DNA of 64,000 bases, taken from the NCBI GenBank assembly GCA_964291405.2, contig OZ219926.1, positions 1,504,001 through 1,568,000 of the forward strand, given 5' to 3'. Shown one piece after another: positions 20,314-30,844 of this stretch. Within the stretch, counting starts at the first letter, position 1; each line of letters opens with the position of its first letter. The notes under the pieces were generated by a model, which saw nothing but the letters and a program-made list of their open reading frames with translations, made no database searches and had not been told where the DNA came from. The stretch is from Thermodesulfobacteriota bacterium (GTDB lineage: Bacteria; Desulfobacterota; Binatia; Bin18). Both the position numbers and the translations under genes were made by a program.

Positions 20314-22911
20314 CTATTGCGGACCAATGGCAATGGCAAACGGCTTCTTCCCGACCTCAATCGTGGCGACGACTTGTTGAGCGAGCGTACTGAAGACCTG
20401 GACGACCTCACCCTCGTCCTTCCGGGAGCCGAACATCGTCACATAGCCCCGCAGGCCGTTTGGCGTAATCGCGATGGCGTACGGTTCGTTATCAACCGCA
20501 TTGAAGCGCGGATTAAAAGCCACATTAAAAGACGGGGTGCTGAGTTCCGGATTAATGTCTTCCTCCGTTATCACCGATACGGTTGCGTCAAGGAAATTTG
20601 CGACAAAAGCATCCACCTTCAGTTCCCGTTTCACCAAGTCCATTGCCGTTCCAGGTATGACGGCTACCCCGGCAGGCTGCACACCAACTTGCAGATGCTG
20701 CACCCCGCTTGTTTCCGAATCAGTATCAACGACGGTGTTCGTTGCTGTATCGATAAAGGAGACTGTATCTCCATTGTCGTTTCCCTCATCGGTATTAATC
20801 GCCCCAAAATTCGTCACATAGACGCGTGTCCCATCTGACGTGACCGCAACCCCGAGCGGCCCCTCTCCCACCACAATCGGGTCAGGCAATGGGGTATGCG
20901 TTGTCAGGTCAATCACGGTCACGGTGTTATCGTCAAAGTTCGGTACATAGGCCCGTTGCCCATCCGGAGTGACGGCAATGGACTGCGGACTCTGGCCCAC
21001 CGCTATGGTGGTTGTCTGTGTCTGCGTAGCGGTATCTATGACAGAAACGTTATTGTCCTCAATATTCGTTACATAAGCGGTGGCTCCATCCGGAGCAAAG
21101 GCAACCCCCTGCGGCTCCTTGCCAACGGTGATCGTGGCCACGACCGTCTTTGTAGCCGTGTTGATAACGGAGACCGTATCGTCTCCGGCATTCGCCACAT
21201 AAGCCTCCCGCCCGTCCGGACTGATCGCAATGCCGCGCGGTCGGTCCCCGACCGGGATATGCTGCACCCCGTCCGCCTCGGGGTCGGTGTCAATAACGGT
21301 ATTCGTGCTGGTACTGATGAGCGCCACGGCGTTGTCATTCACCAGGGTTACATAGGCTTTGGCTCCATCCCCCTCCTCACATTCACTCGTATCGAGTATG
21401 CAGAAGTCGTGGTCGGTCTCCTCGTCCCTGAAACAGCTGAGGCTGCCCTCACCGAACCCGAGCGCCTGGCAGCTCAGTTCACCAAGCGCCTCTCTGTCAC
21501 ATTCCTCTCCAACATCTCGTCCACCATTGCCACACAGGGGCCAGGGCAGAAAACACTGGCAGCTCTCATTCCAGAGAAATCCGGCGTCCACCGTCATTGT
21601 TTCATCCTCGCCCTTGGCCTTGATATCCACATCCTGAAGGGTCAATAATGAGCCGGTCACTGTTACACTGCTCTCTTCGGTCAGCTTAAAATCGTCGAGC
21701 AACTCGGCATCTCCCAATCGGACCACGGAGACCTCGTGATCGAAAATCCGGGTCTCAGCCGGGTCCGCAGTGTCCCGGATTTCGACACCAATCGTCCGCG
21801 CGCCGCTGGGAATCAGATTGAAATTGATGAGGCCGCCAAAACCGGTATTCGGGGGCGCCACTGCGGGGTGAGCGGCTTTGACATCAGGCCGATCCGAGCA
21901 ACACGGAATTTCCTCCCCAACCTCGATCGGGGGGTCGCCGTCTATCCGCAGCAAAACACGATCAATCTCGGCATCGGGGTTTCTGGTAAACGCCCAGCCG
22001 GACACCATCCCGATTCCCCCTGCCGTGACCTGGGTCACAGTCGTCGCTTCCAGTAGCGGTGGATTTTCAAAGACCGCGGTGATCTGACTAGCATTTTCGT
22101 CTGCGGTGTCATCCTCGCCGACTGCGACCTCATCTTCACTGCCTGCCGTCTCCTCCTCCCCATCCGAAGTCTCATTCTCCTCGCTTGTGGTCTCCTCTTC
22201 CCCGGCTGCTGTCTCATCCTCCTCGATCGGGGCCACATCTTCCCCGGTCGCCACTATCCGCGAGCCAACCACAACCAGTTGCTGAATATTGGGCTGCCAG
22301 GCTAACCAGAGTTCGCCCGACGCCCGCTCATTGCTGTGCTTATCACGAAAAGTGACGTTCTGGAGCATAAGCTCCTGCGTTTCAGGGTTGATCTCGTGAC
22401 TGGTGGAGCCGATCAGACTCGGACGCTCAAGGAATGTATAGCCGGCCGGGCGGACGACGGTCACGGGGTGTTCGATGATTTCACTCTCAACGCCCTCGGC
22501 GGATATCGTAATGCGAACCGTATGTTGTCCCTTCGCCTGGTCCGCTCCCCTCTCCTCCGGGCCTTCTCCGATGCCGCTGAGTTCACCGAAGTTAAACACC
22601 TGCCCAAAGCCGCTCTTGAGCGCGTGCTCGCCATACTCTTCCTGGACATCTCTCCGATCCACACAACAGGGAATCTCACCGTAGTCCTGGCCATCAATGG
22701 AAAGCTGAATGGTAACGGGCAGTGCAACCGGATTGTCGGGATCGTCGGAGACCGCAAACGCCCAGCCGGAAATGAACCGAACCCCGCTCACAAACTGGTC
22801 CTCGCCCGGATTCTCTAATACTGCCTGAATTCCAGCCCAGACCGTGCGTGTTGCCCCTACGGTCAGGAGGAGGGAAACAATAACGGACAGCATGACACAT
22901 CGCTTATTCAT
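20314..22911 (-). CDS. Secreted multidomain protein: 2 repeated N-terminal domains, acidic linker, Cys-rich module, YVTN beta-propeller
   Basis: Signal peptide (..TVWA); two ENP..SGWAF..EIPCC.DR.DV..GF domains; CGNGGRDVGEECD; repeats AYVTN/AYVAN..NTVSVIDTAT..VG..P.G. Confidence 0.85.
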   Translation of the reverse strand: MNKRCVMLSVIVSLLLTVGATRTVWAGIQAVLENPGEDQFVSGVRFISGWAFAVSDDPDNPVALPVTIQLSIDGQDYGEIPCCVDRRDVQEEYGEHALKSGFGQVFNFGELSGIGEGPEERGADQAKGQHTVRITISAEGVESEIIEHPVTVVRPAGYTFLERPSLIGSTSHEINPETQELMLQNVTFRDKHSNERASGELWLAWQPNIQQLVVVGSRIVATGEDVAPIEEDETAAGEEETTSEENETSDGEEETAGSEDEVAVGEDDTADENASQITAVFENPPLLEATTVTQVTAGGIGMVSGWAFTRNPDAEIDRVLLRIDGDPPIEVGEEIPCCSDRPDVKAAHPAVAPPNTGFGGLINFNLIPSGARTIGVEIRDTADPAETRIFDHEVSVVRLGDAELLDDFKLTEESSVTVTGSLLTLQDVDIKAKGEDETMTVDAGFLWNESCQCFLPWPLCGNGGRDVGEECDREALGELSCQALGFGEGSLSCFRDEETDHDFCILDTSECEEGDGAKAYVTLVNDNAVALISTSTNTVIDTDPEADGVQHIPVGDRPRGIAISPDGREAYVANAGDDTVSVINTATKTVVATITVGKEPQGVAFAPDGATAYVTNIEDNNVSVIDTATQTQTTTIAVGQSPQSIAVTPDGQRAYVPNFDDNTVTVIDLTTHTPLPDPIVVGEGPLGVAVTSDGTRVYVTNFGAINTDEGNDNGDTVSFIDTATNTVVDTDSETSGVQHLQVGVQPAGVAVIPGTAMDLVKRELKVDAFVANFLDATVSVITEEDINPELSTPSFNVAFNPRFNAVDNEPYAIAITPNGLRGYVTMFGSRKDEGEVVQVFSTLAQQVVATIEVGKKPFAIAIGPQ

Positions 22912-22914
22912 GAT

Positions 22915-23745
22915 TTATTCAGTCGCCTCTTCCACAGCTTGTGCTCCCACCGTAGCCACCCGAATTCCCACTTCCTGGGCACGCTCCAGCAGTGTCAAGC
23001 GCTCTAGCATGAGCGTCTTACCAGCCTCAATGGCTAAAACGGCAGCCTTGACCTCATGCATGACCGCGATGGTATCGGGTCCAACGGCCGGCACATCAAA
23101 ACGCAAATCCTGTTGCGGCTTGCTGACCTTGACCACAACACCGCCCTCCCCACCCAATGTGCCGCCGCGCCGAATAGCAGCGTTTGTGCCCTCAACGCCC
23201 TCGACCGCCAGGACCGTGCCTCGCTTGACGACAACACTCTGTCCGATATCCCAGCGACCAATCTCTTTTGCTACCGCAACACCGAGCAGGATATCTTGCC
23301 ACTGCTGCGCATCCGGCTCAGCGCGAGTCAATACTCCCTCCTGGGGCACGAGAGATGATAGGAAACGGGTTGATTCGACAATCGTAATCCCCTCGTCTTC
23401 AAGTTCCTGGGCCACCCCCCGCAGGATCACATCGTCCTTTAGACTCGGCAGTTTACTAATGAAAGCCATCCCCCGTGCATCGGGCTGTATCTGTGTCATG
23501 GCACCGGTCTTATAGATGCCTCCGGCCATGACGGCTTGAGTCACCCCGGCCTCGTGGAAGGTGGTAATAATTTTCCCGAGTTCCCCGACCCGCACCCAGG
23601 TGACGTGGGACGCGTGGTCGTGAATAGCCTGAGGCGTTTCCCCTTGATGAGCGACGGCAATGATCTCAACCCCCTCTGCGCGGGCCGCCGCGCAGAAGAG
23701 AAGCGGAAATTGTCCATTGCCTGCAATGAGACCAAGACGCGCCAT
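22915..23745 (-). CDS. lpxI: UDP-2,3-diacylglucosamine pyrophosphatase LpxI
   Basis: GLIAGNGQFP, DIGQSVVV, AVEGVEGTN, KPQQDLRFDVPAVG; follows lpxA. Confidence 0.92.
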   Translation of the reverse strand: MARLGLIAGNGQFPLLFCAAARAEGVEIIAVAHQGETPQAIHDHASHVTWVRVGELGKIITTFHEAGVTQAVMAGGIYKTGAMTQIQPDARGMAFISKLPSLKDDVILRGVAQELEDEGITIVESTRFLSSLVPQEGVLTRAEPDAQQWQDILLGVAVAKEIGRWDIGQSVVVKRGTVLAVEGVEGTNAAIRRGGTLGGEGGVVVKVSKPQQDLRFDVPAVGPDTIAVMHEVKAAVLAIEAGKTLMLERLTLLERAQEVGIRVATVGAQAVEEATE

Positions 23746-23779
23746 GGAGCCGGACGCTCGCTAAAGGGGCACAACACGG

Positions 23780-24607
23780 TTAGCCAAGATCATCTTCGCT
23801 CTCTTGGCCGGCATTCCGTCGCGGACGACAAATACCTCGTTGTGAGTTGGCAATGAAATCCGTCAAATGGACGACCTCAGGGGATGACGCCTGTTCCTGG
23901 CGTGTGCGGTCGACCGCCTCTTTCAGCGTCAATCCCTCGGCGAAAAGCGTCCGATAGGCTTTTTTGAGCGCGTTCAGTTGTTCCTCGCTGAACCCACGCC
24001 GTTTGAGTCCGATGAGATTCAGACCAAACAAACGGGCTCGATCTCCCTGGGCAACGCAGTACGGCGGCACATCGAGAGAGACCATCGCCCCCCCACCAAG
24101 GTAAGCCGACTCCCCAATACGCGTAAACTGATGGATGGCAGCTAGCCCACCCACGCCAACATAATCTTCGAGTATGACGTGGCCGGCCAGGGTCGCACAG
24201 TTCGCCAGAATCACATTGTTTCCGATCTGACAGTCGTGCCCCACATGAGAGTAGACCATGAAGAGATTGTCATTCCCGATCCGCGTTACCATCCCGCCAC
24301 CAGCGGTGCCGATATTTAAGGTGGCAAATTCACGGATGGTATTACGATCACCAATGGTGAGGCTGCTGTCCTCCCCTTGATATTTCTTATCCTGTGGGAT
24401 GGCTCCAACGCTCGCGAATTGAAAAATGGTGTTCTCGCACCCAATCGTCGTGCACCCCTCAATCACGCTATGCGGCCCGATACTGGAATCCCGGCCAATA
24501 CGAACCTGCGGACCAATCACCGCATAGGGTCCGACGTGGACCCCGTGATCAAGCTCCGCTCCAGGCGCGATCACCGCCGACGGATGGATCACGGTCTCGG
24601 TACTCAC
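23780..24607 (-). CDS. lpxA: UDP-N-acetylglucosamine O-acyltransferase
   Basis: Hexapeptide repeats, PQDKKY, IREF, HVGHDC, LAGHV, IHQF, GLKRRGF. Confidence 0.97.
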   Translation of the reverse strand: MSTETVIHPSAVIAPGAELDHGVHVGPYAVIGPQVRIGRDSSIGPHSVIEGCTTIGCENTIFQFASVGAIPQDKKYQGEDSSLTIGDRNTIREFATLNIGTAGGGMVTRIGNDNLFMVYSHVGHDCQIGNNVILANCATLAGHVILEDYVGVGGLAAIHQFTRIGESAYLGGGAMVSLDVPPYCVAQGDRARLFGLNLIGLKRRGFSEEQLNALKKAYRTLFAEGLTLKEAVDRTRQEQASSPEVVHLTDFIANSQRGICRPRRNAGQESEDDLG

Positions 24608-25107
24608 GCCTGCGGCTCGCTTTCCTGGTCCACATCAACAACCGTAAATTCGAGCTCCGCCGCGACCTGCCCGTCAACCCGAGCGGTTCCCTGCATTTTC
24701 CAGAACGTGCCACGACGGCGTAGGATTTCCACTTCCATCAACAGCTGATCGCCAGGAACAACCTGGCGTCGAAAGCGAACGCGGTCGAGCCCGGTCAACA
24801 TCGCGAGTCGGTGCGGCGACTGGGCCGGCAACTGGGAAGGAACAGCGGTCTCCGCGGAAGAATCGACAGACGAACGCGCCAGAATACCACCAGCCTGCAC
24901 GACAGCTTCGCAGATGAGTACGCCGGGCATGAGCGGGTGGTCGGGGAAGTGCCCGACAAAGAAAGGCTCATTGATCGTCACGTTTTTGAGTGCGACGATA
25001 CGTTTCCCAGCCGAGATTTCCACCACCCGGTCAACGAGGAGAAACGGGTAGCGATGGGGGAGAACAGCAGCGACAGTGGGATGATCCATGTGACGGTGAG
25101 CACGCAA
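24604..25107 (-). CDS. fabZ: 3-hydroxyacyl-ACP dehydratase
   Basis: [45 protein letters not shown]; start may be ATG 25089. Confidence 0.96.
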   Translation of the reverse strand: MRAHRHMDHPTVAAVLPHRYPFLLVDRVVEISAGKRIVALKNVTINEPFFVGHFPDHPLMPGVLICEAVVQAGGILARSSVDSSAETAVPSQLPAQSPHRLAMLTGLDRVRFRRQVVPGDQLLMEVEILRRRGTFWKMQGTARVDGQVAAELEFTVVDVDQESEPQA

Positions 25108-25114
25108 CCGTCTC

Positions 25115-25660
25115 TTAGTTTTTAAAAGAGATCTTGGTGCCTTTTTTATTATAGGCTTCGATGACCGACTCAGTCAGATCAATACTTTTTGAGCCGTACA
25201 GCACAACCGTATTATTGCCCTCGAGAATAACCGAATAACTCCCCTGTTCGCCAAGATCGTTAACGACTTGACGGAGTTCAACCAGGATGCGCGCGGTCAG
25301 TTCGCGGTCTCTGATCTTGAGTTCCTCCTGGGAATCTTTATATAGACGTTCAAAGTCCCGCAGCTCCTGACGGTAGTCGCGCTGCAACGCGATCCGTTCG
25401 TCGTCCCGGAGTAAGAGAGCTTTTTTCTCAAGCTCCTCCTTGAGCTTTTCGACTTTTTCCCGGCGCTTTTCGAGCCTTCGTTCCATCCGCCCCACTTCGG
25501 CCTTAAAAGTGTCTTTCGCTTTTTTTCCGGCGCTCGACGTATTCAGCGCAATCTGGAGGTCCACATAGCCGACCTTGATGTCGTCAGCCCCTTCACCACT
25601 ATAAGGGAAGAGGAGAAAACCAAGACTCACAGCGACACAAATGATTTTTTTCCAATACAT
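25115..25660 (-). CDS. skp: OmpH/Skp periplasmic chaperone
   Basis: Signal peptide, KVGYVDLQ, long coiled coil, IDLTESVI; sits between bamA and fabZ. Confidence 0.9.
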   Translation of the reverse strand: MYWKKIICVAVSLGFLLFPYSGEGADDIKVGYVDLQIALNTSSAGKKAKDTFKAEVGRMERRLEKRREKVEKLKEELEKKALLLRDDERIALQRDYRQELRDFERLYKDSQEELKIRDRELTARILVELRQVVNDLGEQGSYSVILEGNNTVVLYGSKSIDLTESVIEAYNKKGTKISFKN

Positions 25661-25746
25661 ATCTCTCTCCATTGTTAGAGTGCTTGATCCAAACGTCTCC
25701 CTGGGCGTAGAGACGGACACACGGAACTGCGGGTCACACCTTCAGA

Positions 25747-28389
25747 CTAATAAAGCCCACCATACCGGCCTCGTCCGCCGCCAATACCACCAGTTGCGCC
25801 ACCGAACGAGAAGTGAATATTGCTGGTACGCTCATTTTTTTTCGCATTGAGCGCCTTGGCCAGGTCGATCCGGATGGGTCCGAACGGCGACTTCCAGCGG
25901 ATCCCGGCCCCGACCGAGTAACGCAAATCTCCAAGGTCAACACCTTGCTCAGCCGTAAAGGCATTGCCGATATCGCTAAAGACTGCGCCCCTCAGGTTCA
26001 GTTGTTTCACAATCGGAAAACGCAGCTCATTCTGGAACGTCAGCTGTTGGCTACCGCCAATCGGCCGATGATACGTTTCTGCACGTATCCCGTTGGGCGC
26101 CTCTCTATCATTAATCAAAACCGTGACAGGCCGACGCGGCCCTAAACTCCGTTCACCAAACCCCCGGATGGAGTGTAGTCCACCGGGGAAGTAGCGGTCA
26201 AACAGCGGGAGGTCGTCCTCCAGGATTTTTTCAGCCTTCCCGCCGATAACGGGTTCATCCGTAAAGTCAATATCACCCACCCCATACCCAAAGAAGTTAT
26301 TCGACATCCAGGTCAATTGCCCGAAACGCGGGTTGCGATAGACCGGGAAGAAAAACTGAGCCTGAATTTCGGCCTTGCTATACGTCGCATCTCCCCCAAG
26401 ACCGGCCTGACTGAAATTGATTTGTTGATAGGAGCCGGCGGTCGGATCCATGGGGTTGTTGAGGGTATTGCGCCGAAGGGTTGGCGTAATTCTGCTCGTG
26501 ATTTGGGTCCCCTTTTCGGCCCGGACCGCATCAGGAGCAATCGGTTCAAAATTGTTGATCTTGGATTTTTCCCACTGGTATTGCATACCAATATCCACAT
26601 CCTGCAGAGGGAAGCCCCACAGGGTTTTGAGCCCCAACTCGTCAATGGGGTAGAAGAGCCGTACCCCGCCGCCCGTCCCGCCACGGTCAAAATCCTCAAA
26701 CGCAAAGCGCCAGTCAAAGACTTCTGTCCCAAGGGTCAGATGGGTATCCAAGAAATAGGGGTCAGTCCAACTAACGGTCGAGTTCCGATACCGGCTGCCC
26801 ATATTGCCGCTGATCACAAACTGATGGCCATACCCAAAGAGATTCGTTTCCTGAATACGGGCAGAGCCAATGAGACTGGTCGCGGTATTAAATCCGGCCC
26901 CAATACTGAAGGCTCCGGTTTGGGTCTCTTTGACATCGACCAACACATTGAGCAGATCGCTCCGCGCCCCCCGGCGTGTCGCAATATTCACATCCTGGAA
27001 AAACCCAAGTCGCTGTACCCGGGCACGGCTGTGCTCTATTCTGGTGGCGTTGAACTTGCTCTGCTCGGCAATGCGCAACTCTCGCCGGATCACCTTGTCA
27101 CGCGTTTTGGTATTGCCCGCAATATCAATCCGGTCGATATAGACTTCCGGTCCTTTATCAACCCGATATGAGATATTGACGACGCTGTCGTCCTGCTCGA
27201 CCTGGGTTTCCGGCTCGACGTTCACAAAAGCAAAGCCGTGGTTACTGAAATAGCCGGTTAACCGAAAGACATCTTCTCGGAGATTGCTGGCCTTAAAGAC
27301 CTCGCCTTCTACCAGGGCAACCGCCCGCAGAGCCTGGTCTTCACTCCCAGGGAAATCGCCGACAATATGCACTTCGCCAAGGGTATATTGCTCGCCCTCA
27401 TCGATCCGGATGGTCACATGCATCCCGTCATCATGGCGTTCGATTTTCGGCTCATCGACTTTGACGTTGATATAGCCGTTATCGTAGTAATAGGCGGTAA
27501 TCCGCTCCGTGTCCGTCTTGAGCGCCTCTCGGTTGAGCGTCCCCATGCTCGTGAAGCGAGATAAAAAACTCTTCTTGCGAGTCGCCATAATGGATTGCAG
27601 CCGGGCGTCTTCAAACGTCTCATTACCCTCAAAATGGATTTGGGCAATACCGGTCGGCTTCTGTTCCTCGATTGTAAAGGTCACCGCAGCTTCTCCCGGA
27701 CCGACCTGCTCGGCCCGATACGAGATATCGGTGTCTAGATACCCTTTTTCTTCATAGGCTTTTTTGGCGTCTTCTATCCCCCGCCTGATGCGGACGGGGT
27801 TGAGAATGGTGCGAGGATGAATTTTCAGCGCGACCTCAAGCGCTTCTTTGTCGAGCTTCTTATTTCCTTCGAAGTGGACTTCGCGAATGAGTGGCCGCTC
27901 ACTGACCCAATACGTCAGGATGTTACGCCCGTTTTCTCGCTCGAACCGCGCTTCCACATTATGGAAGAATCCCATGTCATAAATGGACCGAATATCAGCA
28001 TCGACCGTATCCCGATTCAACACGGTGCCAGGCAGAGCAGAGGTCCGAATGCGGATCGCCTCTTCCTCAACACGGTCATTGCCGCCAATCACAATTGTAT
28101 CGACAATGTCGGCCAGCTCCTCAGGCTGAGCCGATTTGAATGTGTCGTCTTCCAATTCATCTGCTTCGACCACTGCTGCGTCAGATTCGTCGCCGTCTTC
28201 GATTGCTTCTTCTTCAAGCAACGTCTCGGCTTCAAATTCATCCACTTCAAAGACATCGTCAGGAAGGACATCAGGAATATGATCTTCCAAGAGTTCTGCG
28301 TCGTCAGCCCAGGCAGGGGATACAACCCCCAGAAGCCCGAAGCAGATGAACAGACATATGCTAGTAATTACGAGAAATGTGCGAGTCAT
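25747..28389 (-). CDS. bamA: Outer-membrane assembly factor BamA
   Basis: Five POTRA repeats, GNTKTRDKVIRRE, IRGF loop motif, SPFGPIRIDLA; start re-assigned to ATG 28389 (signal peptide). Confidence 0.95.
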   Translation of the reverse strand: MTRTFLVITSICLFICFGLLGVVSPAWADDAELLEDHIPDVLPDDVFEVDEFEAETLLEEEAIEDGDESDAAVVEADELEDDTFKSAQPEELADIVDTIVIGGNDRVEEEAIRIRTSALPGTVLNRDTVDADIRSIYDMGFFHNVEARFERENGRNILTYWVSERPLIREVHFEGNKKLDKEALEVALKIHPRTILNPVRIRRGIEDAKKAYEEKGYLDTDISYRAEQVGPGEAAVTFTIEEQKPTGIAQIHFEGNETFEDARLQSIMATRKKSFLSRFTSMGTLNREALKTDTERITAYYYDNGYINVKVDEPKIERHDDGMHVTIRIDEGEQYTLGEVHIVGDFPGSEDQALRAVALVEGEVFKASNLREDVFRLTGYFSNHGFAFVNVEPETQVEQDDSVVNISYRVDKGPEVYIDRIDIAGNTKTRDKVIRRELRIAEQSKFNATRIEHSRARVQRLGFFQDVNIATRRGARSDLLNVLVDVKETQTGAFSIGAGFNTATSLIGSARIQETNLFGYGHQFVISGNMGSRYRNSTVSWTDPYFLDTHLTLGTEVFDWRFAFEDFDRGGTGGGVRLFYPIDELGLKTLWGFPLQDVDIGMQYQWEKSKINNFEPIAPDAVRAEKGTQITSRITPTLRRNTLNNPMDPTAGSYQQINFSQAGLGGDATYSKAEIQAQFFFPVYRNPRFGQLTWMSNNFFGYGVGDIDFTDEPVIGGKAEKILEDDLPLFDRYFPGGLHSIRGFGERSLGPRRPVTVLINDREAPNGIRAETYHRPIGGSQQLTFQNELRFPIVKQLNLRGAVFSDIGNAFTAEQGVDLGDLRYSVGAGIRWKSPFGPIRIDLAKALNAKKNERTSNIHFSFGGATGGIGGGRGRYGGLY

Positions 28390-28578
28390 GCGTGTCGCGT
28401 CTGCCTTTGAGACCGCCCTTTTCCCTACCAAAATCACCTCACATTGTAAAGGCAGCAATCCCCTGCGCATCCTCCCTGAAAGGAGCCGGGGAGGGCGTGA
28501 CAAACACTAGAGTTTTCGCATAGGAAGCGCCTTGGCCACAGCCCCTCCCCCTCACACGCATCCCTGGTATGGCTCCGG

Positions 28579-29277
28579 TCAGGAGGTCCCGTCTCCTCGG
28601 CCTACCTCGGTGAGTATTCCATGTTTGAGTCGCAGAGTCCGGTCCATCGCCGCGGTCAGTTTTTCGCTATGCGTGACAACAATCATGGCCACGCCCAGGG
28701 CCTGATTCAGCGCGAGCAGTAAGCGTAGCACCCCCTCGCCGGTCTCGGGGTCAAGATTGCCGGTCGGCTCATCCGCCAGCACCAGCCGGGGCTTCAGGAC
28801 CAAGGCACGCGCAACCGCTACCCGTTGCTGTTCTCCCCCGGACAATTCTCCCGGTCGGTGGCTCAAACGGGCAGACAGGCCAACACGCTCCAATATTTCA
28901 ACGGCACGGACACGGGCCTCCTCCTGGCTGAGTCCGGCGATCAGTCCTGGCATCATCACATTCTCAAGGGCAGTAAAATCCGGCAGGAGGTGATGCAGTT
29001 GAAAGACAAATCCAATCTCTCGGTTGCGTAAGGCGGCCAGTTCTCCTTCGGGCAGGCTGAACAGGTCCTGACCGTCGAGCGTGATGTGTCCTGAGGTAGG
29101 ACGGTCGAGCGTGCCCAGAATATGCAACAGCGTACTCTTTCCCACTCCGGATTCCCCAATAATAGCAGTCCGCTCAGCCGGCCGCAGGGTGAGGTCCAAT
29201 TTTTCAAGCACGCGCACTGCTTGCTCGCCCTCTCCGTACTGTTTGCTGAGCTGTGTTGCCTGGAGGAGATATGACAT
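28579..29277 (-). CDS. lolD: Lipoprotein-releasing ABC ATPase
   Basis: GESGVGKSTLLH, GFVFQLHHLLPDFTALENV, LSGGEQQRVA, ADEPTGNLD. Confidence 0.93.
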   Translation of the reverse strand: MSYLLQATQLSKQYGEGEQAVRVLEKLDLTLRPAERTAIIGESGVGKSTLLHILGTLDRPTSGHITLDGQDLFSLPEGELAALRNREIGFVFQLHHLLPDFTALENVMMPGLIAGLSQEEARVRAVEILERVGLSARLSHRPGELSGGEQQRVAVARALVLKPRLVLADEPTGNLDPETGEGVLRLLLALNQALGVAMIVVTHSEKLTAAMDRTLRLKHGILTEVGRGDGTS

Positions 29278-29295
29278 CTCTCAGCAGTCCGTTCC

Positions 29296-30561
29296 TTACT
29301 CGTAGCGAATGACCTCGACCGGTGCCAATCGCGCGGCCTGACGTGCGGGATAGATAGTGGCAAGCAAACAGATCATCATCGACGCGACCCCAACAATGAA
29401 AAAATTCTCCGCATATATTTTCACCGGCAGGGTCGAAACATAGAAAACATCTTTCGGAAGTTCGATAAACTCATAGCGGTCCAACAGCCAACAGCCGACC
29501 CAACCCAGCAGTGTGCCCATAAGCGTCCCGACAACGCCGATGATGAGCCCTTTATAAATAAAGACGCGACTGATGGCATTGCCCGTTGCCCCCATGGACT
29601 TCAACACCGCAATATCCTTACGTTTTTCCATGACCACCATAATCAGCGTGGCAATAATATTGAACGCGGCAACCAGGACGATGAGCAGGAGTACGATAAA
29701 ATACACAACCTTTTCAAGCTTTAGCGCAGCAAAAATATTACGGTTCACCTCGGTCCAGTCTCGGGTCGTATAGGGGAACCCTAACACGCCTTCTAACTCG
29801 CGGGCGACCGTTTGGGCTTGATACACATCACTAATCTTTACCTCAACACCAGTCACCTGTTCGCCAAGGGTAAAAAACTGTTGCGCATCAGCGAGCGACA
29901 TATAAATCAAGGCGCTATCGTATTCAAACATACCCGCGTCAAACACCCCGACAATCACAAAACGCTTCACCCTGGGAACAACGCCAAGGGGGCCGGGGGT
30001 GGTGCTCAGTGGAGAAATGATATTGATCGGGTCGCCTACAAAGACCCCAAGTTGACGAGCCAGTTCGTGTCCTATGAGCACACCGGAAAGCTGAACCGTC
30101 TGGACTGTTTCCTCAGTCTGAAACGTCAACTCCTGTTTTTGGCCGAGCTGATCGACTTCACCAAAAGATAGATGCGCACCAATATCGACCACCGCACTCG
30201 CTAACGAGGGATCGACTCCACGCACAAGCGAGCCAGACACACTCTGTCCCGCACTGACCATCACCTGACCGTAGACAAACGGCGCCACAGCAACCACATC
30301 GGGCACCTGGCTCACCGCGTCAACCACCTCCGCATATCCGTCCACAAAACCCTGCAAGCTGGAAATCACGACGTGCGGATTAAAGCCCAGAATGCGGTCT
30401 CGTAAATCTTCCTCAAATCCCGTCATTACCGCCAAGACGATGTTCAGCGTCATCACGCCAATCATGACTCCAACCATGGAAATCATAGTGATTAGCGAGA
30501 TAAAAACCTCATGCCGTCTGGCTCGCAGGTAACGCAGACTCAGAAAAAGTTCGTATCGCAC
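29296..30561 (-). CDS. lolC: Lipoprotein-releasing ABC permease (LolC/E)
   Basis: LRYLRA, VLAVMTGFE, VAAFNII..VMEKRKDIAVLKSMGA, YPARQAARLAPVEVIRYE. Confidence 0.92.
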   Translation of the reverse strand: MRYELFLSLRYLRARRHEVFISLITMISMVGVMIGVMTLNIVLAVMTGFEEDLRDRILGFNPHVVISSLQGFVDGYAEVVDAVSQVPDVVAVAPFVYGQVMVSAGQSVSGSLVRGVDPSLASAVVDIGAHLSFGEVDQLGQKQELTFQTEETVQTVQLSGVLIGHELARQLGVFVGDPINIISPLSTTPGPLGVVPRVKRFVIVGVFDAGMFEYDSALIYMSLADAQQFFTLGEQVTGVEVKISDVYQAQTVARELEGVLGFPYTTRDWTEVNRNIFAALKLEKVVYFIVLLLIVLVAAFNIIATLIMVVMEKRKDIAVLKSMGATGNAISRVFIYKGLIIGVVGTLMGTLLGWVGCWLLDRYEFIELPKDVFYVSTLPVKIYAENFFIVGVASMMICLLATIYPARQAARLAPVEVIRYE

Positions 30562-30694
30562 AAGCTACCGGCCCGCCTATCCAAATTGCTGATTCAACAC
30601 TTACCGCTCATTCGGCCTGGCGGGTTTTCTATCATAAAAGAATATCTATTTTTCTTTCTTCGTCATTGGTTAGAATAAAAATTTAATCCAGCAC

Positions 30695-30711
30695 TTGAAA
30701 TATTATTTCAA
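30695..30711. promoter_or_regulatory. 8-1-8 palindrome upstream of the lol-bam-lpx operon
   Basis: TTGAAATA-T-TATTTCAA within an AT-rich intergenic stretch. Confidence 0.4.
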
Positions 30712-30802
30712 TTCGTTTACCCTGGAGACATGTGGTGGTGGTTGTGGTGGTGGATAGGCCCCGATTGGGGCACGGGCTCTTGAGTGAGCCTTCTTGCTTA
30801 CT

Positions 30803-30844
30803 GGAATGCCATGACGGTAAAGGAATTTGCGGTCATGGCATTCC
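30803..30844. other. Long hairpin downstream of selB
   Basis: GGAATGCCATGAC / GTCATGGCATTCC 13 bp perfect stem, with inner GTAAA-GGAA-TTTGC. Confidence 0.7.

Noticed and set aside
22090-22230. 21 bp periodicity as a non-coding tandem repeat
   Set aside because: It encodes the acidic heptad linker of the secreted propeller protein.
30718-30775. HHHNHHH mini-frame as a his attenuator leader
   Set aside because: No RBS, no his genes downstream, and no terminator/antiterminator pair; the (CCA)n tract reads equally as poly-Pro or poly-Thr.
30803-30844. Hairpin with an ATG-CCA-TGA frame as a SECIS element or selenopeptide
   Set aside because: The UGA lies inside the stem and too close to the loop, the selB-sense loop (UUCC) has no G, and the readthrough peptide is unremarkable.
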